Virus record (IMG/VR): IMGVR_UViG_3300028840_006985
Strand: one strand, 5' to 3'
Length of the DNA: 64,000 nucleotides
Source of the DNA: a virus
Lineage: Duplodnaviria > Heunggongvirae > Uroviricota > Caudoviricetes
The notes under the pieces are model-generated. The model made no database searches. It was not told where the DNA came from and saw only the letters and a list, made by a program, of their open reading frames with translations. Of this stretch, positions 34,711-44,266 are shown piece by piece. Each line of letters begins with the position of its first letter. The first letter of the stretch is position 1. A program made the position numbers and the translations under genes.

Positions 34711-35685
34711 ATGAATACAACATTATTTACTAATGAACAAGAAAAGTATACGATAGGTTGGGTCGCTGGAGGCGGGGAGATTAGAGAGGATGGAATTTGG
34801 ATTAATTCTAAAAAAGATGTTTCTAAAATTACTGGTATTTCAACAGATGTTTTACGTTTAATCTATAATTATGTAGATTTAAGAAAGTGTGATTTTGACA
34901 ATTATTTTATATTTGAAAAATGGCTTACTATTAGGGGGTTATTTGACAATTGCGGAGAAATTCTTTACAACAATGAACCGCAGTGTATTATCAGCATTAA
35001 AGCTAACACTTGGCAAAAGCGAAAGTTGTGGTCCGATTTGCTTCAAAGAATATATCAATTTATTCATATTCCAGGAAGTTGGGAAAATGTAAATGATGGT
35101 TTTAAGATTACATGGCTGGGCAATAATGCATTAGATTTATTAGGTAAAGTGTACCATTGTCCAAATCAAAGTTCACGTATTTATTTAAGCGAAAATTATG
35201 ATACATATATATATTTATGTGCATGGTATCCTTCAAAATTAAAATCTACAGGATTTAAATGGACAAAAACGGATCAGGCAGCACTCCCGCCTACCAAGGA
35301 AAAAATCTCAGATGCAGGATATGATATTACTATTATTAAGGAAATTAAAACAATTGGTGATGTAACTTTTTATGATACAGGAATAAAAGTTCAGCCTGAT
35401 TTTGGGTACTATTTTGACTTAGTGCCTCGTTCGTCTATATCAAAAACTGGCTACATGTTAGCGAACAATGTAGGAATAATTGATCGAGCTTATCGGGGGC
35501 CAATTATTGTAGCATTACGAAAAGTAGATCATTATACTGAAGATTTAAAGCTACCTTGTAAGATTGCTCAAATAATTCCTCGTCATATAGTTCATTTGCA
35601 ACCGATTGAAGTCGATCAACTGGATGAGACTGCTCGTGGCGAAGGTGGATTTGGTAGCACTGATTCTAAAAAAAGAGAACAATAA
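34711..35685 (+). CDS. dut: dUTP pyrophosphatase (trimeric dUTPase) carrying an about 190-aa N-terminal extension
   Basis: All five dUTPase motifs are in the C-terminal half: DAGYDITI, VPRSSISKTG, GIIDRAYRGPI, KIAQIIP, ARGEGGFGSTD. Confidence 0.85.
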   Translation: MNTTLFTNEQEKYTIGWVAGGGEIREDGIWINSKKDVSKITGISTDVLRLIYNYVDLRKCDFDNYFIFEKWLTIRGLFDNCGEILYNNEPQCIISIKANTWQKRKLWSDLLQRIYQFIHIPGSWENVNDGFKITWLGNNALDLLGKVYHCPNQSSRIYLSENYDTYIYLCAWYPSKLKSTGFKWTKTDQAALPPTKEKISDAGYDITIIKEIKTIGDVTFYDTGIKVQPDFGYYFDLVPRSSISKTGYMLANNVGIIDRAYRGPIIVALRKVDHYTEDLKLPCKIAQIIPRHIVHLQPIEVDQLDETARGEGGFGSTDSKKREQ

Positions 35686-35963
35686 TGCGATTTATTTACA
35701 TAATAATAGGTATGCTTTTTGTTTTCGCTCTATGTAGAGGTGTTTTCACTGATAGTAATATAGTAGAAAATGCTTTAATAGCAAATGGCTTTCAAAATAT
35801 TAGTATAATAGATAAAAGTTTTTTTCTTGTTGGCCTGAGAGGGTGCAGCGGAAAAGATGCAGCTTTATTTAAAACGAGAGCAATCAATCCAACCGGCAAG
35901 GACGTTGAGATTATTGTTTGTGTTGGGTGGCCTTTTAAGGGCGCTACAATTCGGGTGAAGTAA
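35685..35963 (+). CDS. hypothetical protein with an N-terminal hydrophobic segment
   Basis: ORF track. Confidence 0.45.
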   Translation: MRFIYIIIGMLFVFALCRGVFTDSNIVENALIANGFQNISIIDKSFFLVGLRGCSGKDAALFKTRAINPTGKDVEIIVCVGWPFKGATIRVK

Positions 35964-36262
35964 TGAATATTTTTCAATTTGATGATATTAATTCTCGGGT
36001 AGAGAGAAGTATCGAACTGGCGGGCAACATGTTAGTAGAGGTTGCCCGTGCTATTGATTCTAAGGCTCAAGCTGGAGATGGCGGACCTATTGCGATAGGT
36101 GTTGAACTGGGAATAATGCTTATTCTTCGATCTCTTCATGTTGCAATAATGACTGATGAAGTAGATTTAGATCAAGCACGTAAAATACTTAAATCTATCA
36201 ATGAGGATCTGACAGAAAGATTTGATAACATTACTATTGCTGATAAAAGTAATAAAAACTAA
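35963..36262 (+). CDS. hypothetical protein
   Basis: ORF track. Confidence 0.45.
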   Translation: MNIFQFDDINSRVERSIELAGNMLVEVARAIDSKAQAGDGGPIAIGVELGIMLILRSLHVAIMTDEVDLDQARKILKSINEDLTERFDNITIADKSNKN

Positions 36263-36297
36263 TTAGTTATCAAAAAAATCAAAAAAAGGTTTAAAAA

Positions 36298-36576
36298 ATG
36301 AATTTGTCTGAGAAAGAAATAGCAATTCCTGATTGGTGGGAGCCAATGAAGTCAATCAGACATTCGATGAATAGTTTAGATTTTGATTGTAATCTTATTG
36401 GTTTTTATAAAAAAGTTCGTTTATTGTTAAAAAGTTTACAGCAAATTGAAGAAATGGTTAAAATTGGGAATAAACTTCCATTAGGAGTTGCTAAATGGAT
36501 GACAAGAAGAAGAATTGAAATATTAAAAAGGACAAGAGAAGTGTTGGAAAATCAATTATCCAAAGAGAGGGTGTAG
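36298..36576 (+). CDS. hypothetical protein
   Basis: ORF track. Confidence 0.45.
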   Translation: MNLSEKEIAIPDWWEPMKSIRHSMNSLDFDCNLIGFYKKVRLLLKSLQQIEEMVKIGNKLPLGVAKWMTRRRIEILKRTREVLENQLSKERV

Positions 36577-36893
36577 TGTTTAATCAAGAGATGATAAATA
36601 AGATTAACGAACTTGTGAACGGATTAAATAAATATACTTATTCTTCGCCTCCTAATAATTCGTTGGATCTCTATAAAACAGTACGGTTACTGATAAATAA
36701 TTTAATAAATTTTATAGAGTTAGAAGAGGCTATTGAAATAGAAGAATATTTTCGTATGAGAAAAATAGAAATTGGAGAGAGAGAGGATTTTGAAATTATG
36801 GCATTAAAAATGATAGAGAAATTGGTTCAAAAACAAATTTATCAACTTAATTTAAACTTGAAAAAAGCAGAGATAGAAACCAATGAAGTATAA
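36576..36893 (+). CDS. hypothetical protein
   Basis: ORF track. Confidence 0.45.
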   Translation: MFNQEMINKINELVNGLNKYTYSSPPNNSLDLYKTVRLLINNLINFIELEEAIEIEEYFRMRKIEIGEREDFEIMALKMIEKLVQKQIYQLNLNLKKAEIETNEV

Positions 36894-37344
36894 AAACAAA
36901 GTATTAATGACACGATTGGTAACTACTGGTCCTAACCCCGAAATTCATGGGATAGCTCAAATTGTAATGTGGCCTCATATTCCTCCGGTTTTTCGATTTA
37001 CTGAAAAAGCATTATGTTTTTTTCAAACTATTTTTCCTGAATATCGCCAAATTAATAAAGCATATGTCAAATGTATTGGCTATGGTTGGTTATTGGAATC
37101 ACCTATGAGTGATGACGTGATAAAGCGGGAGGCGGTAGGATCATATGCTGCTTGGCAAAGCGTGGTTGATTATGTGGATTGGTTATACCATGGAGATAGG
37201 AGTAATATTATTATTCAAGGTGTTCCAGATGATGAAAGTGTTTTACCTTTTGTTTGGGGATTGTATCAAGATTATTTAAAAATAATACAAACGGACGAAC
37301 ATCTTAGCCATGAATGGCCTTTTGTTAATTGCAAGGAAGGATAA
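36883..37344 (+). CDS. hypothetical protein
   Basis: ORF track. Confidence 0.45.
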   Translation: MKYKNKVLMTRLVTTGPNPEIHGIAQIVMWPHIPPVFRFTEKALCFFQTIFPEYRQINKAYVKCIGYGWLLESPMSDDVIKREAVGSYAAWQSVVDYVDWLYHGDRSNIIIQGVPDDESVLPFVWGLYQDYLKIIQTDEHLSHEWPFVNCKEG

Positions 37345-37699
37345 AATGGAATTACTGTTTACAATTAGTGGAATAATTAATATTGTTTTAAGCGTTTTAT
37401 TATGGAAAAAAGAGAAGGCCATAAAGAAAGAGAGAGACAATCCAATCAGACTAGGTCATCACGTTATCATTAGAGATCTTGATGAGCAATATGACTATTG
37501 GGTAGGATTGCTAGTTGGATATGACTCTATTGGTATTCCTTTAGTTCTCAATCAAAAAACTAAAATAGTATATGCTACAGAATATGCGATTATTGTTCTA
37601 CACAATAAGGAGTTGGTTGAAAATTTAGATGAAATGCCACCCTTGGAGCAAATAGACTATTTAAGACCATTTAATTTAAATATGTTTAAAACATGCTGA
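37310..37699 (+). CDS. hypothetical protein with an N-terminal TM segment
   Basis: ORF track. LLFTISGIINIVLSVLLW. Confidence 0.45.
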   Translation: MNGLLLIARKDKMELLFTISGIINIVLSVLLWKKEKAIKKERDNPIRLGHHVIIRDLDEQYDYWVGLLVGYDSIGIPLVLNQKTKIVYATEYAIIVLHNKELVENLDEMPPLEQIDYLRPFNLNMFKTC

Positions 37700-38052
37700 A
37701 AGAATTAATAAAACAGGTTGTAGGATGTCAACAATGTGGAAGGTGTTGTAGAGGCTGTGTCGAAAAATTAGGTTATTTTCAAGTGCCTAGTGGATATTTA
37801 TTGTCTGATGTTGTTAATGCTAATACGGTAGTAATCAATAATGCTATGACGCGGTTTCGTGTAATAGCTGAGCAGCATGGTTTTGATAAGGTAGATGGGT
37901 TTTTATCCGACACAGGATGTATTTTGCCTTACGATGTAAGGTCTATTACGTGCTTATCTTACTTTTGTGGTAATATTGTTGATATCGAAAATAGAAAAAA
38001 ATTAGATAAATATTTGAAGTTATTACGCAAGAAGCGAAAATATTTATTTTAG
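37693..38052 (+). CDS. YkgJ-like CxxCxxCC zinc/iron-chelating domain protein
   Basis: CQQCGRCCRGC plus further Cys residues (TGC...ITCLSYFCGN). Confidence 0.45.
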   Translation: MLKELIKQVVGCQQCGRCCRGCVEKLGYFQVPSGYLLSDVVNANTVVINNAMTRFRVIAEQHGFDKVDGFLSDTGCILPYDVRSITCLSYFCGNIVDIENRKKLDKYLKLLRKKRKYLF

Positions 38053-38201
38053 ATAACTTAACCGCACTACTTAAGCTTGCCTTGTTCAAAAAAACATTAT
38101 CATCTCTGAGATATATAAAATTTTTATAAAATTAATTTGACATATTTTAGAGATAGTAGTACTCTTTAGGTGAAGTTATTAAAAAAGGAAAGAAGGAAAA
38201 A

Positions 38202-38477
38202 ATGGAAATAGACAATTGGTGTAGATTGGGTAACGGAGATTGCTCAATTCTATATTTAAAAAATGATGTCAAAAAATGTATTAAAACAATAGAGGAGGCA
38301 TCTATAATAACACCACAGGGATGTGCCTATGCTAATGGAAACTTATTAAGGAATGCTGATATAAATTCCAACGGAACAGTGACACCAAGATGTCTAAAAT
38401 ATTGTCAGTATCAAAAATGTGAAATGAAACCTGAAGAATTCATTCGCTGGAATGGTAACTGTACGTATTATGTGTAA
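38202..38477 (+). CDS. small Cys-rich hypothetical protein
   Basis: ORF track. RBS AAGGAAAGAAGGA. Confidence 0.45.
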   Translation: MEIDNWCRLGNGDCSILYLKNDVKKCIKTIEEASIITPQGCAYANGNLLRNADINSNGTVTPRCLKYCQYQKCEMKPEEFIRWNGNCTYYV

Positions 38478-38790
38478 TACTTCTGATGATTGGGATTATT
38501 GTTGGACGAATTGTCCAAAATGTAACAGGTCTTATCATATGTCCGACGGGGGATGCGATTGTAGCATAATGGAGCAAGAAAGAAAAATAGAAAAGTTTTG
38601 GGATGAATTCAACGGAATAGAAGAGGTTGTTATTGAGTCAGCATTGTTTAAAAAAGAAGATGCATGGGGAGATTTTCTCAATAAAGGAGATATGGAGGTT
38701 GTTATTTACACAAAAGATAATGATTTTACATTAACTTTGTCTAATTGGAAAAGAGTACAAAAAATTTTAAATCAAACTTCGCATAATTAA
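38452..38790 (+). CDS. small Cys-rich hypothetical protein
   Basis: CWTNCPKCN...GGCDCS. Confidence 0.45.
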   Translation: MVTVRIMCNTSDDWDYCWTNCPKCNRSYHMSDGGCDCSIMEQERKIEKFWDEFNGIEEVVIESALFKKEDAWGDFLNKGDMEVVIYTKDNDFTLTLSNWKRVQKILNQTSHN

Positions 38791-38856
38791 TATCTTTAAT
38801 TACTTCAATAAAGCTGGAAGATCAAAATAAAAAATCGATACAACAGGAGAAAGGTA

Positions 38857-39180
38857 ATGAAAAAAATAGAGTCTGGTGAAACATTTGTAACAATAGCAAT
38901 TATTATTGCAAGTATAATAATTGCTATTGTATTAACGTTTCAACATGTGATAGATTCACAAATAAATTTAGATATAGCATTTCAATCGGCTCATCAGTTT
39001 TCAAAGAAAATAGAGGATATTGCAGATATCAATTGTGTAGCGCAAGATAGCGATAGTGATGGCTATTGTTCATGTAGCCTTATTAAAAAAGATGGAAGTG
39101 TAATTTCTCTGGAATGTGGCTGTCGGCAAAAATTTTATGGTTGCAAACTGGCAACATTCAAGGTTGGGGAAATAGATTAG
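38857..39180 (+). CDS. membrane-anchored hypothetical protein
   Basis: N-terminal TM segment TFVTIAIIIASIIIAIVLTF. C-terminal Cys pairs. Confidence 0.5.
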   Translation: MKKIESGETFVTIAIIIASIIIAIVLTFQHVIDSQINLDIAFQSAHQFSKKIEDIADINCVAQDSDSDGYCSCSLIKKDGSVISLECGCRQKFYGCKLATFKVGEID

Positions 39181-39193
39181 GGAAGAAGTCGCC

Positions 39194-39212
39194 AGTGCAA
39201 TTCAATTGCACT
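39194..39212. promoter_or_regulatory. palindrome AGTGCAATTCAATTGCACT about 45 nt upstream of ORF 39258
   Basis: Perfect 8-bp arms around a central C. Identical to the copy at 40316. Confidence 0.6.
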
Positions 39213-39257
39213 GGTATAAGGGGAAAGAGCTATACGATTTAGAGTTAGGAGAGGAAG

Positions 39258-40055
39258 ATGAGCATTAAGAGTTTTAAGGACATTATGAACCTTCATGGGC
39301 TAATAGGCCAAGACGAATCTGATTGGTATCAGCACCAAAACGGCGGCGGGTGGATAAAAAAGACAGCATATGTTAACAAGACAGTATATGTTGGGCCTTA
39401 TGCAATAGTTTATGGTAAGGCCTTAGTATCTGGTAAGGCAAAAATTAATGGGACGGCTCAGATTTATGGAACGGTTCGAATTTGGGATGAAGTAAAAGTT
39501 TATGGCAATGCAATAGTAGGTGGAAATGCGGTACTGTTTGACAATGTAGAAATTTATGACAATGCAAAAATTTATGATAATGTAGTAGTAGTTGATGAGG
39601 CAATGGTAGCCGGCGAAGCTATCATATATGATAATGTTCGAGTATATGATAATGCGCGAATTTATGGCAAAGCAAGGGCATTTGACGATGTACATGTAGG
39701 TAATAATGCAAGAGTATACGAGAATGCAGTATTATTTCATAAGACAAAAATTCGTGGCAACGCATGTGTTTATGGCAACGCATGTGTTAAGGGTTCTAGC
39801 ATTATTCGTGGTTATGTTCAAATTTGTGGTGAGGCAGAAGTTGTGGATAAAATTTATGAGGGAAATATCATAGTTTCAACCGCGACATATAAGGGATTGA
39901 AGACTAAAGACAATCAAAGTAAAAAAATTGAATCCAATTTAACACCTGAAGTACCTAAATATAATTCATCATGTCCTATTTGCGGGTCTCCGGCGCAAGA
40001 TTTAATATTTAAAATTTACTGTTCTAAGACAGGATGTCAAAATTATCATCCGTAG
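39258..40055 (+). CDS. left-handed beta-helix (hexapeptide-repeat) protein with a conserved N-terminal region and C-terminal zinc ribbon; paralog A
   Basis: At least 20 consecutive hexads [IV]-[YF]-[GD]-N-A-x. N-terminus MNLHGLIGQDESDWYQHQNGGGW. C-terminus SSCPICGSPAQDLIFKIYCSKTGCQNYHP. Confidence 0.7.
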   Translation: MSIKSFKDIMNLHGLIGQDESDWYQHQNGGGWIKKTAYVNKTVYVGPYAIVYGKALVSGKAKINGTAQIYGTVRIWDEVKVYGNAIVGGNAVLFDNVEIYDNAKIYDNVVVVDEAMVAGEAIIYDNVRVYDNARIYGKARAFDDVHVGNNARVYENAVLFHKTKIRGNACVYGNACVKGSSIIRGYVQICGEAEVVDKIYEGNIIVSTATYKGLKTKDNQSKKIESNLTPEVPKYNSSCPICGSPAQDLIFKIYCSKTGCQNYHP

Positions 40056-40315
40056 GAGAAAGAAATGGTTATGCGTAAGAAAAAGTTCCCATCCGAGATT
40101 GATAAAATATTTCCTCTTTTTTTCTGGACTAAGTGTGATAAATGTTTTTGTGAATTCCGTTGAGAGAAAATGTGGAGAATTAAGAAATTTGAAGATCACA
40201 GTTGTAAGGTGTTTTTTTATTTTTGTGTCGTTAATTATTATATTTGTACAAAATGTGCACCTACTCTTCTAGAACTTACAAAAATAAGACGTTGTTTATG
40301 CATATAATATTAATT

Positions 40316-40334
40316 AGTGCAATTCAATTGCACT
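40316..40334. promoter_or_regulatory. palindrome AGTGCAATTCAATTGCACT immediately upstream of the RBS of ORF 40359
   Basis: Followed by gacacAAGGAGG and the ATG at 40359. Confidence 0.6.
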
Positions 40335-40358
40335 GACACAAGGAGGAAAGAAGAGAAA

Positions 40359-41141
40359 ATGGATTTTAGTCAGGTTATGAACCTTCATGGGCTAATAGGT
40401 CAAGACGAATCTGATTGGCATCAACACCAAAACGGCGGCGGGTGGGTACAGAATATAGCTAGAGTTGAGCCTGCAGCATATATTGGATCCGAGGCAATAG
40501 TTTATGGTCATGCGCGAATTTATGGCAAAGCGGAGGTGTACAATCAAGCTCGAGTATTCAACAGTGCACAAGTACATGGTCATGCTCAAGTATTTGATAA
40601 TGCATGGGTTTACGGAAATGCGGCAATATTTGATAATGCGAGAGTATTTGGATTTGCATCGGTTGACGATAATGCGAGAGTATATGGTGATGCAATAATA
40701 CGTGACAATACACAAGTATTTGGAAATGCGGAAGTTTATGATCATGTACAGATTGAAGAAAATGCAAGAATTTATGGTAATGCGCGAATTTATGGCCATG
40801 CAATGGTTTGTGATAATGCACAAGTTTGTGATAATGCACAAGTTTATGGCAATGCAAGGGTCGGCGGTTCTAGCAGTATTGAAGAATATGTTGAAGTTTG
40901 TGGTTGTATAAAAATTGCAGACAATAAAAGATACAGGGGAAATATTGTAATTACTACTACTAATGATGATAAAAAGCGTACTCTTCTTATTAAAAAATCT
41001 ACAGATGGACAGCCTAATCCGAAGAAAAAAATTGAATTATCTCAATATAATTCATCATGTCCTATTTGTAAATCACCAGCACAAGATTTAATATTTAAAG
41101 TTTACTGCTCCAAGGTGGGATGTCAAAATTATCATCTGTAA
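40359..41141 (+). CDS. left-handed beta-helix (hexapeptide-repeat) protein, paralog B
   Basis: Start trimmed to MDFSQ (AAGGAGG RBS). Ends are about 90-96% nt-identical to paralog A, while the central repeats have diverged. C-terminus SSCPICKSPAQDLIFKVYCSKVGCQNYHL. Confidence 0.7.
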   Translation: MDFSQVMNLHGLIGQDESDWHQHQNGGGWVQNIARVEPAAYIGSEAIVYGHARIYGKAEVYNQARVFNSAQVHGHAQVFDNAWVYGNAAIFDNARVFGFASVDDNARVYGDAIIRDNTQVFGNAEVYDHVQIEENARIYGNARIYGHAMVCDNAQVCDNAQVYGNARVGGSSSIEEYVEVCGCIKIADNKRYRGNIVITTTNDDKKRTLLIKKSTDGQPNPKKKIELSQYNSSCPICKSPAQDLIFKVYCSKVGCQNYHL

Positions 41142-41401
41142 AAAGTAAAAGAAGGAAGAATATGATCGCGCTTAATATTTTAGCTTCTTTAGGAACGATT
41201 ATTTTCATACTGTGGGTTGTAGCGATTATTGCAGGAAAAGCAAATGGATTTTTTACAAGATTATTTTACCGCCTTGGGTTGACTAATCTTACTCAAAAGG
41301 AGTATATGTTATTAGTAAAGTTTTACGATGGTGAAGAAGTAAGTCCAGATGAGGTTAAAAAAGTGTTAAGTATTTTATACGGAGAAAATGATGATTATTA
41401 A
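41120..41401 (+). CDS. small membrane protein
   Basis: IALNILASLGTIIFILWVVAIIAG. Confidence 0.45.
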   Translation: MSKLSSVKSKRRKNMIALNILASLGTIIFILWVVAIIAGKANGFFTRLFYRLGLTNLTQKEYMLLVKFYDGEEVSPDEVKKVLSILYGENDDY

Positions 41402-41951
41402 TTTAAAAGATGCCAAAGTAAAACTAATTCAAAAAGCTGAAACGTATCAAGTTCAAAAAAGACTATTTAGATGTCCTATTTGTGGTCATCATGATTCAGG
41501 GTTTTCGTATGGTCATTTAATCGCTGATGCTAAAAACGAACCTAAAGATTTTGGGCCATGGTATTGTGAATCATGCGGACAAGGCGTATTTGGCCATGTA
41601 ACAAAGGATGGGCAAGTTTTTCTTAAGATTGATCCTGATGTAAAATTTCATAAGTTTCTTGCACTATTGCGCTATGAAGACTTATTTATTATTGTTGAAG
41701 GTAGCACCTCTATTGAAAAAGAGTATCACACTATAGAAATGCATCGTTTTTATTATGAGGAACACGCTTGTCCAGTTAATTTTTTAAGAGGGGTAAAAGA
41801 AGTTATTTATAATAAGAAATTAGATCCTCACGGTGTATTTAAAGTTGTTGCTGTTGTTGACAGAGGTTGGGAAGAGGATTTGGAGAATGCAACTATTGAA
41901 AAGTTTGAAAAACTATTTAATGTTGAATTTTCAGAAAAAAACAAAATTTAG
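41388..41951 (+). CDS. hypothetical zinc-ribbon protein
   Basis: CPICGHHD...CESCGQG. Confidence 0.45.
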   Translation: MMIINLKDAKVKLIQKAETYQVQKRLFRCPICGHHDSGFSYGHLIADAKNEPKDFGPWYCESCGQGVFGHVTKDGQVFLKIDPDVKFHKFLALLRYEDLFIIVEGSTSIEKEYHTIEMHRFYYEEHACPVNFLRGVKEVIYNKKLDPHGVFKVVAVVDRGWEEDLENATIEKFEKLFNVEFSEKNKI

Positions 41952-42006
41952 TTTTAACATATGAATAACCAAAAGAAAATCTTTTTTTAAAAGAAGGGAG
42001 GAAAAA

Positions 42007-42399
42007 ATGGAATCAATAGCGGAAGCAATGGGATTAACAACAACAGGATTAACAATAGTAATCATTATTGCAATATTTGTATATATGATGTTGGTTGGTG
42101 TTACATATTGTCTAGCTGATAAGTATACTAGCTTGGACATAGAAGATATAGGGCTTATACTTGTAATACTTTGGCCTATATATCTTCCTGGTCTATTACC
42201 GTATGTGTTTTTTAAAAAATCAATGCCATGTATCATTGAATGGTATAATAAAAGAAGTAAAAATAAAATTCCTGATATCTACATAAGGGAGGGAGCAAAA
42301 ATAAAAACTCTTGAGCAATACAGTAAGATTGTTGGATTAGTGGAGGAGTATGAAATAGAAAACGATTTTGAAAATTTATTAAACAAAAGAAGAAACTAA
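42007..42399 (+). CDS. membrane protein
   Basis: Two hydrophobic helices (LTIVIIIAIFVYMMLVGV and LILVILWPIYLPGLL). Confidence 0.5.
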   Translation: MESIAEAMGLTTTGLTIVIIIAIFVYMMLVGVTYCLADKYTSLDIEDIGLILVILWPIYLPGLLPYVFFKKSMPCIIEWYNKRSKNKIPDIYIREGAKIKTLEQYSKIVGLVEEYEIENDFENLLNKRRN

Positions 42400-42404
42400 A
42401 AGAG

Positions 42405-42563
42405 ATGGAACCAACAACGGGAGTGATGGAATTAATAACGGACGTGATAGGCTTTTTTGTCATGGTACTTATGCTTATATATCTAGTACTTCCCGGTATC
42501 ATTGCTCGAATGGATTTCAAACGGATAGAGGCAAGAAGAAAAACAAAAAAGAAAAAATCTTAG
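42405..42563 (+). CDS. small membrane protein (52 aa), absent from the ORF track
   Basis: ATG at 42405. MEPTTGVMELITDVIGFFVMVLMLIYLVLPGIIARMDFKRIEARRKTKKKKS, a single TM with a basic tail. Confidence 0.3.
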   Translation: MEPTTGVMELITDVIGFFVMVLMLIYLVLPGIIARMDFKRIEARRKTKKKKS

Positions 42564-42815
42564 GAGATGTGATGTTAGAAATTGTTAATCAAAAAGTATC
42601 AGAAACCTCGACAGAAATGAAAAAATGTTGTCAAAAAATGTTAAGGGAAGTGGACAAACTTGCTGCGTTGTTAAAAGATCAAATGATGGTGCTGGAACGT
42701 TAGCGTGGTGGGAATTTCTCAGGGACAGAATGGACAATATAAATAATTTATATGAAAATATAACGTTAGCTTTTGTTCAATTTTTAAAAGAAAAAAGAGA
42801 AAAGGAGAACAAAAA

Positions 42816-43373
42816 ATGAAATCGTATCAAATTTTATTAATTCCAATACTTTTATCATTAGTTGGATGTAAGTGTAAAAATACAGTCACTACTGATGCGC
42901 GGGTGGACGCTGGCATAGTTCAATCCAAAGTATCAAAAGATGCCAGGCTGGTAGAAAATCTTGAAGGCATGTGGTATATAGACGACGATGGGGTCTGCTT
43001 ACATTTGAAGAAAAAACAGGAAGGTTATTCATATGAAGGATTACAAAAGACCAAATATGATACCTTTGAAGAGATTAATGTGCTTGTAAAATTTGAAGAG
43101 GGTAGAAAATTAACAATGCTACTTTCATTTTTTCCAGCGGGCAAAGGAGAACATGGGGTTCAAATAGATACGTTTTTGCTAATAGGCAAGGCGGGCCCTG
43201 AGTGGAAAAAAATATTCTTTGATCATGCTACAAATATTTCAATGGTTTCTAATTCTGATCATACTGGATATAAGATAATTGAGACGAATCTGACTTCAAC
43301 ATGGAAAAAGCTTGTTACACGTGAGGGGTTAGAGAAATGCAGGTGTGCCAGGTCGAAATTAGAATCTCTATAA
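42816..43373 (+). CDS. putative lipoprotein
   Basis: Signal peptide with lipobox LLSLVGC at the N-terminus (MKSYQILLIPILLSLVGCK). Confidence 0.5.
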   Translation: MKSYQILLIPILLSLVGCKCKNTVTTDARVDAGIVQSKVSKDARLVENLEGMWYIDDDGVCLHLKKKQEGYSYEGLQKTKYDTFEEINVLVKFEEGRKLTMLLSFFPAGKGEHGVQIDTFLLIGKAGPEWKKIFFDHATNISMVSNSDHTGYKIIETNLTSTWKKLVTREGLEKCRCARSKLESL

Positions 43374-43395
43374 AGGGAGTAAAAGGAGTAAAAGA

Positions 43396-43779
43396 ATGAG
43401 CCAAATAGATTTATTGGAAGAATCCAAAAAAGAAAATGCTAAATTAACTGAACAAAATGCTAAATTAACTATGGATATCACAGAAAGAGATAGCAGAATA
43501 AGCGATTTGCAAGATCGGATTTATCACAGAAGGATAAATAAGATTAGTAATTTTTTTAAAACGTGTGCATTATACGCTTTATTGATTGGCTATATTGTTA
43601 TTGGCGGGGCCACCTGTCAACATGTTCAAAATTCGTCTGATTCGACTAAATATAGTCATACTCAAATCATGATACATGGTGGAACGGCTGGGATAGCTTG
43701 GCCGATTTATTTGGTGTCGAAGGTTGGTGGAGTATTTGTAAGCAAAACGGACAATAAGCAAGTAGAAGCAAAGGAATAA
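43396..43779 (+). CDS. coiled-coil plus transmembrane protein
   Basis: N-terminal heptad region (AKLTEQNAKLTMDITERDSRISDLQDRI), then the TM segment CALYALLIGYIVIGGA. Confidence 0.45.
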   Translation: MSQIDLLEESKKENAKLTEQNAKLTMDITERDSRISDLQDRIYHRRINKISNFFKTCALYALLIGYIVIGGATCQHVQNSSDSTKYSHTQIMIHGGTAGIAWPIYLVSKVGGVFVSKTDNKQVEAKE

Positions 43780-43782
43780 AGA

Positions 43783-44259
43783 ATGAAAATAAAAACAGAA
43801 GATCTTCATAAGGCATTTGAAGAAGTTTATAAGGCGATGGTTGAACAATTTCAGTGTCCAGGATGTGTCAATGGGTCAAGTCCTGTTAGTTGTTCTAAAT
43901 ACGTGTTACAAGAAACTGACTATTTAGGGGTGGAAGGCAAATATTGTGCAGCTCACGCGCCTGGAACAATGATGACATATGGAGCATCATTTAGAAAAAT
44001 AGTTTTAGGGTTGCCGATTGGATTCAATAAATATGTAGGCGATCGGCCTGAATTATATTTATTTCTTAACAATCAATATCCTAACTATAACAAATTCAAT
44101 AGAGCCATTTGGGCCTTAGAAAAGGATGGTTATTTATTTGTAAGGGCATATTGCCCTCGCATCAATCAAGGCTTTATAAATATTATTCGTGATGGAAAGT
44201 TTTGTGATTTACCTTCTGGCGTGGTAGATGTAAGTGAATTCATTGATGAGGTGGATTAA
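43783..44259 (+). CDS. hypothetical Cys-containing protein
   Basis: ORF track. Confidence 0.45.
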   Translation: MKIKTEDLHKAFEEVYKAMVEQFQCPGCVNGSSPVSCSKYVLQETDYLGVEGKYCAAHAPGTMMTYGASFRKIVLGLPIGFNKYVGDRPELYLFLNNQYPNYNKFNRAIWALEKDGYLFVRAYCPRINQGFINIIRDGKFCDLPSGVVDVSEFIDEVD

Positions 44260-44266
44260 TTGTTCT

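Noticed and set aside
40392-40911. Several minus-strand and alternate-frame ORFs (40392..40841 -, 40558..40857 -, 40504..40698 +, 40702..40911 +) inside the beta-helix gene
   Set aside because: They are products of the 18-nt periodic DNA repeat. They have His-rich, low-complexity translations, no RBS, and lie fully within a well-supported + gene.
42816-43779. Spanin pair (lipoprotein o-spanin plus i-spanin)
   Set aside because: The candidate i-spanin has its coiled coil N-terminal to the TM helix (wrong topology). The lipoprotein is large (185 aa), and no adjacent endolysin or holin is present.
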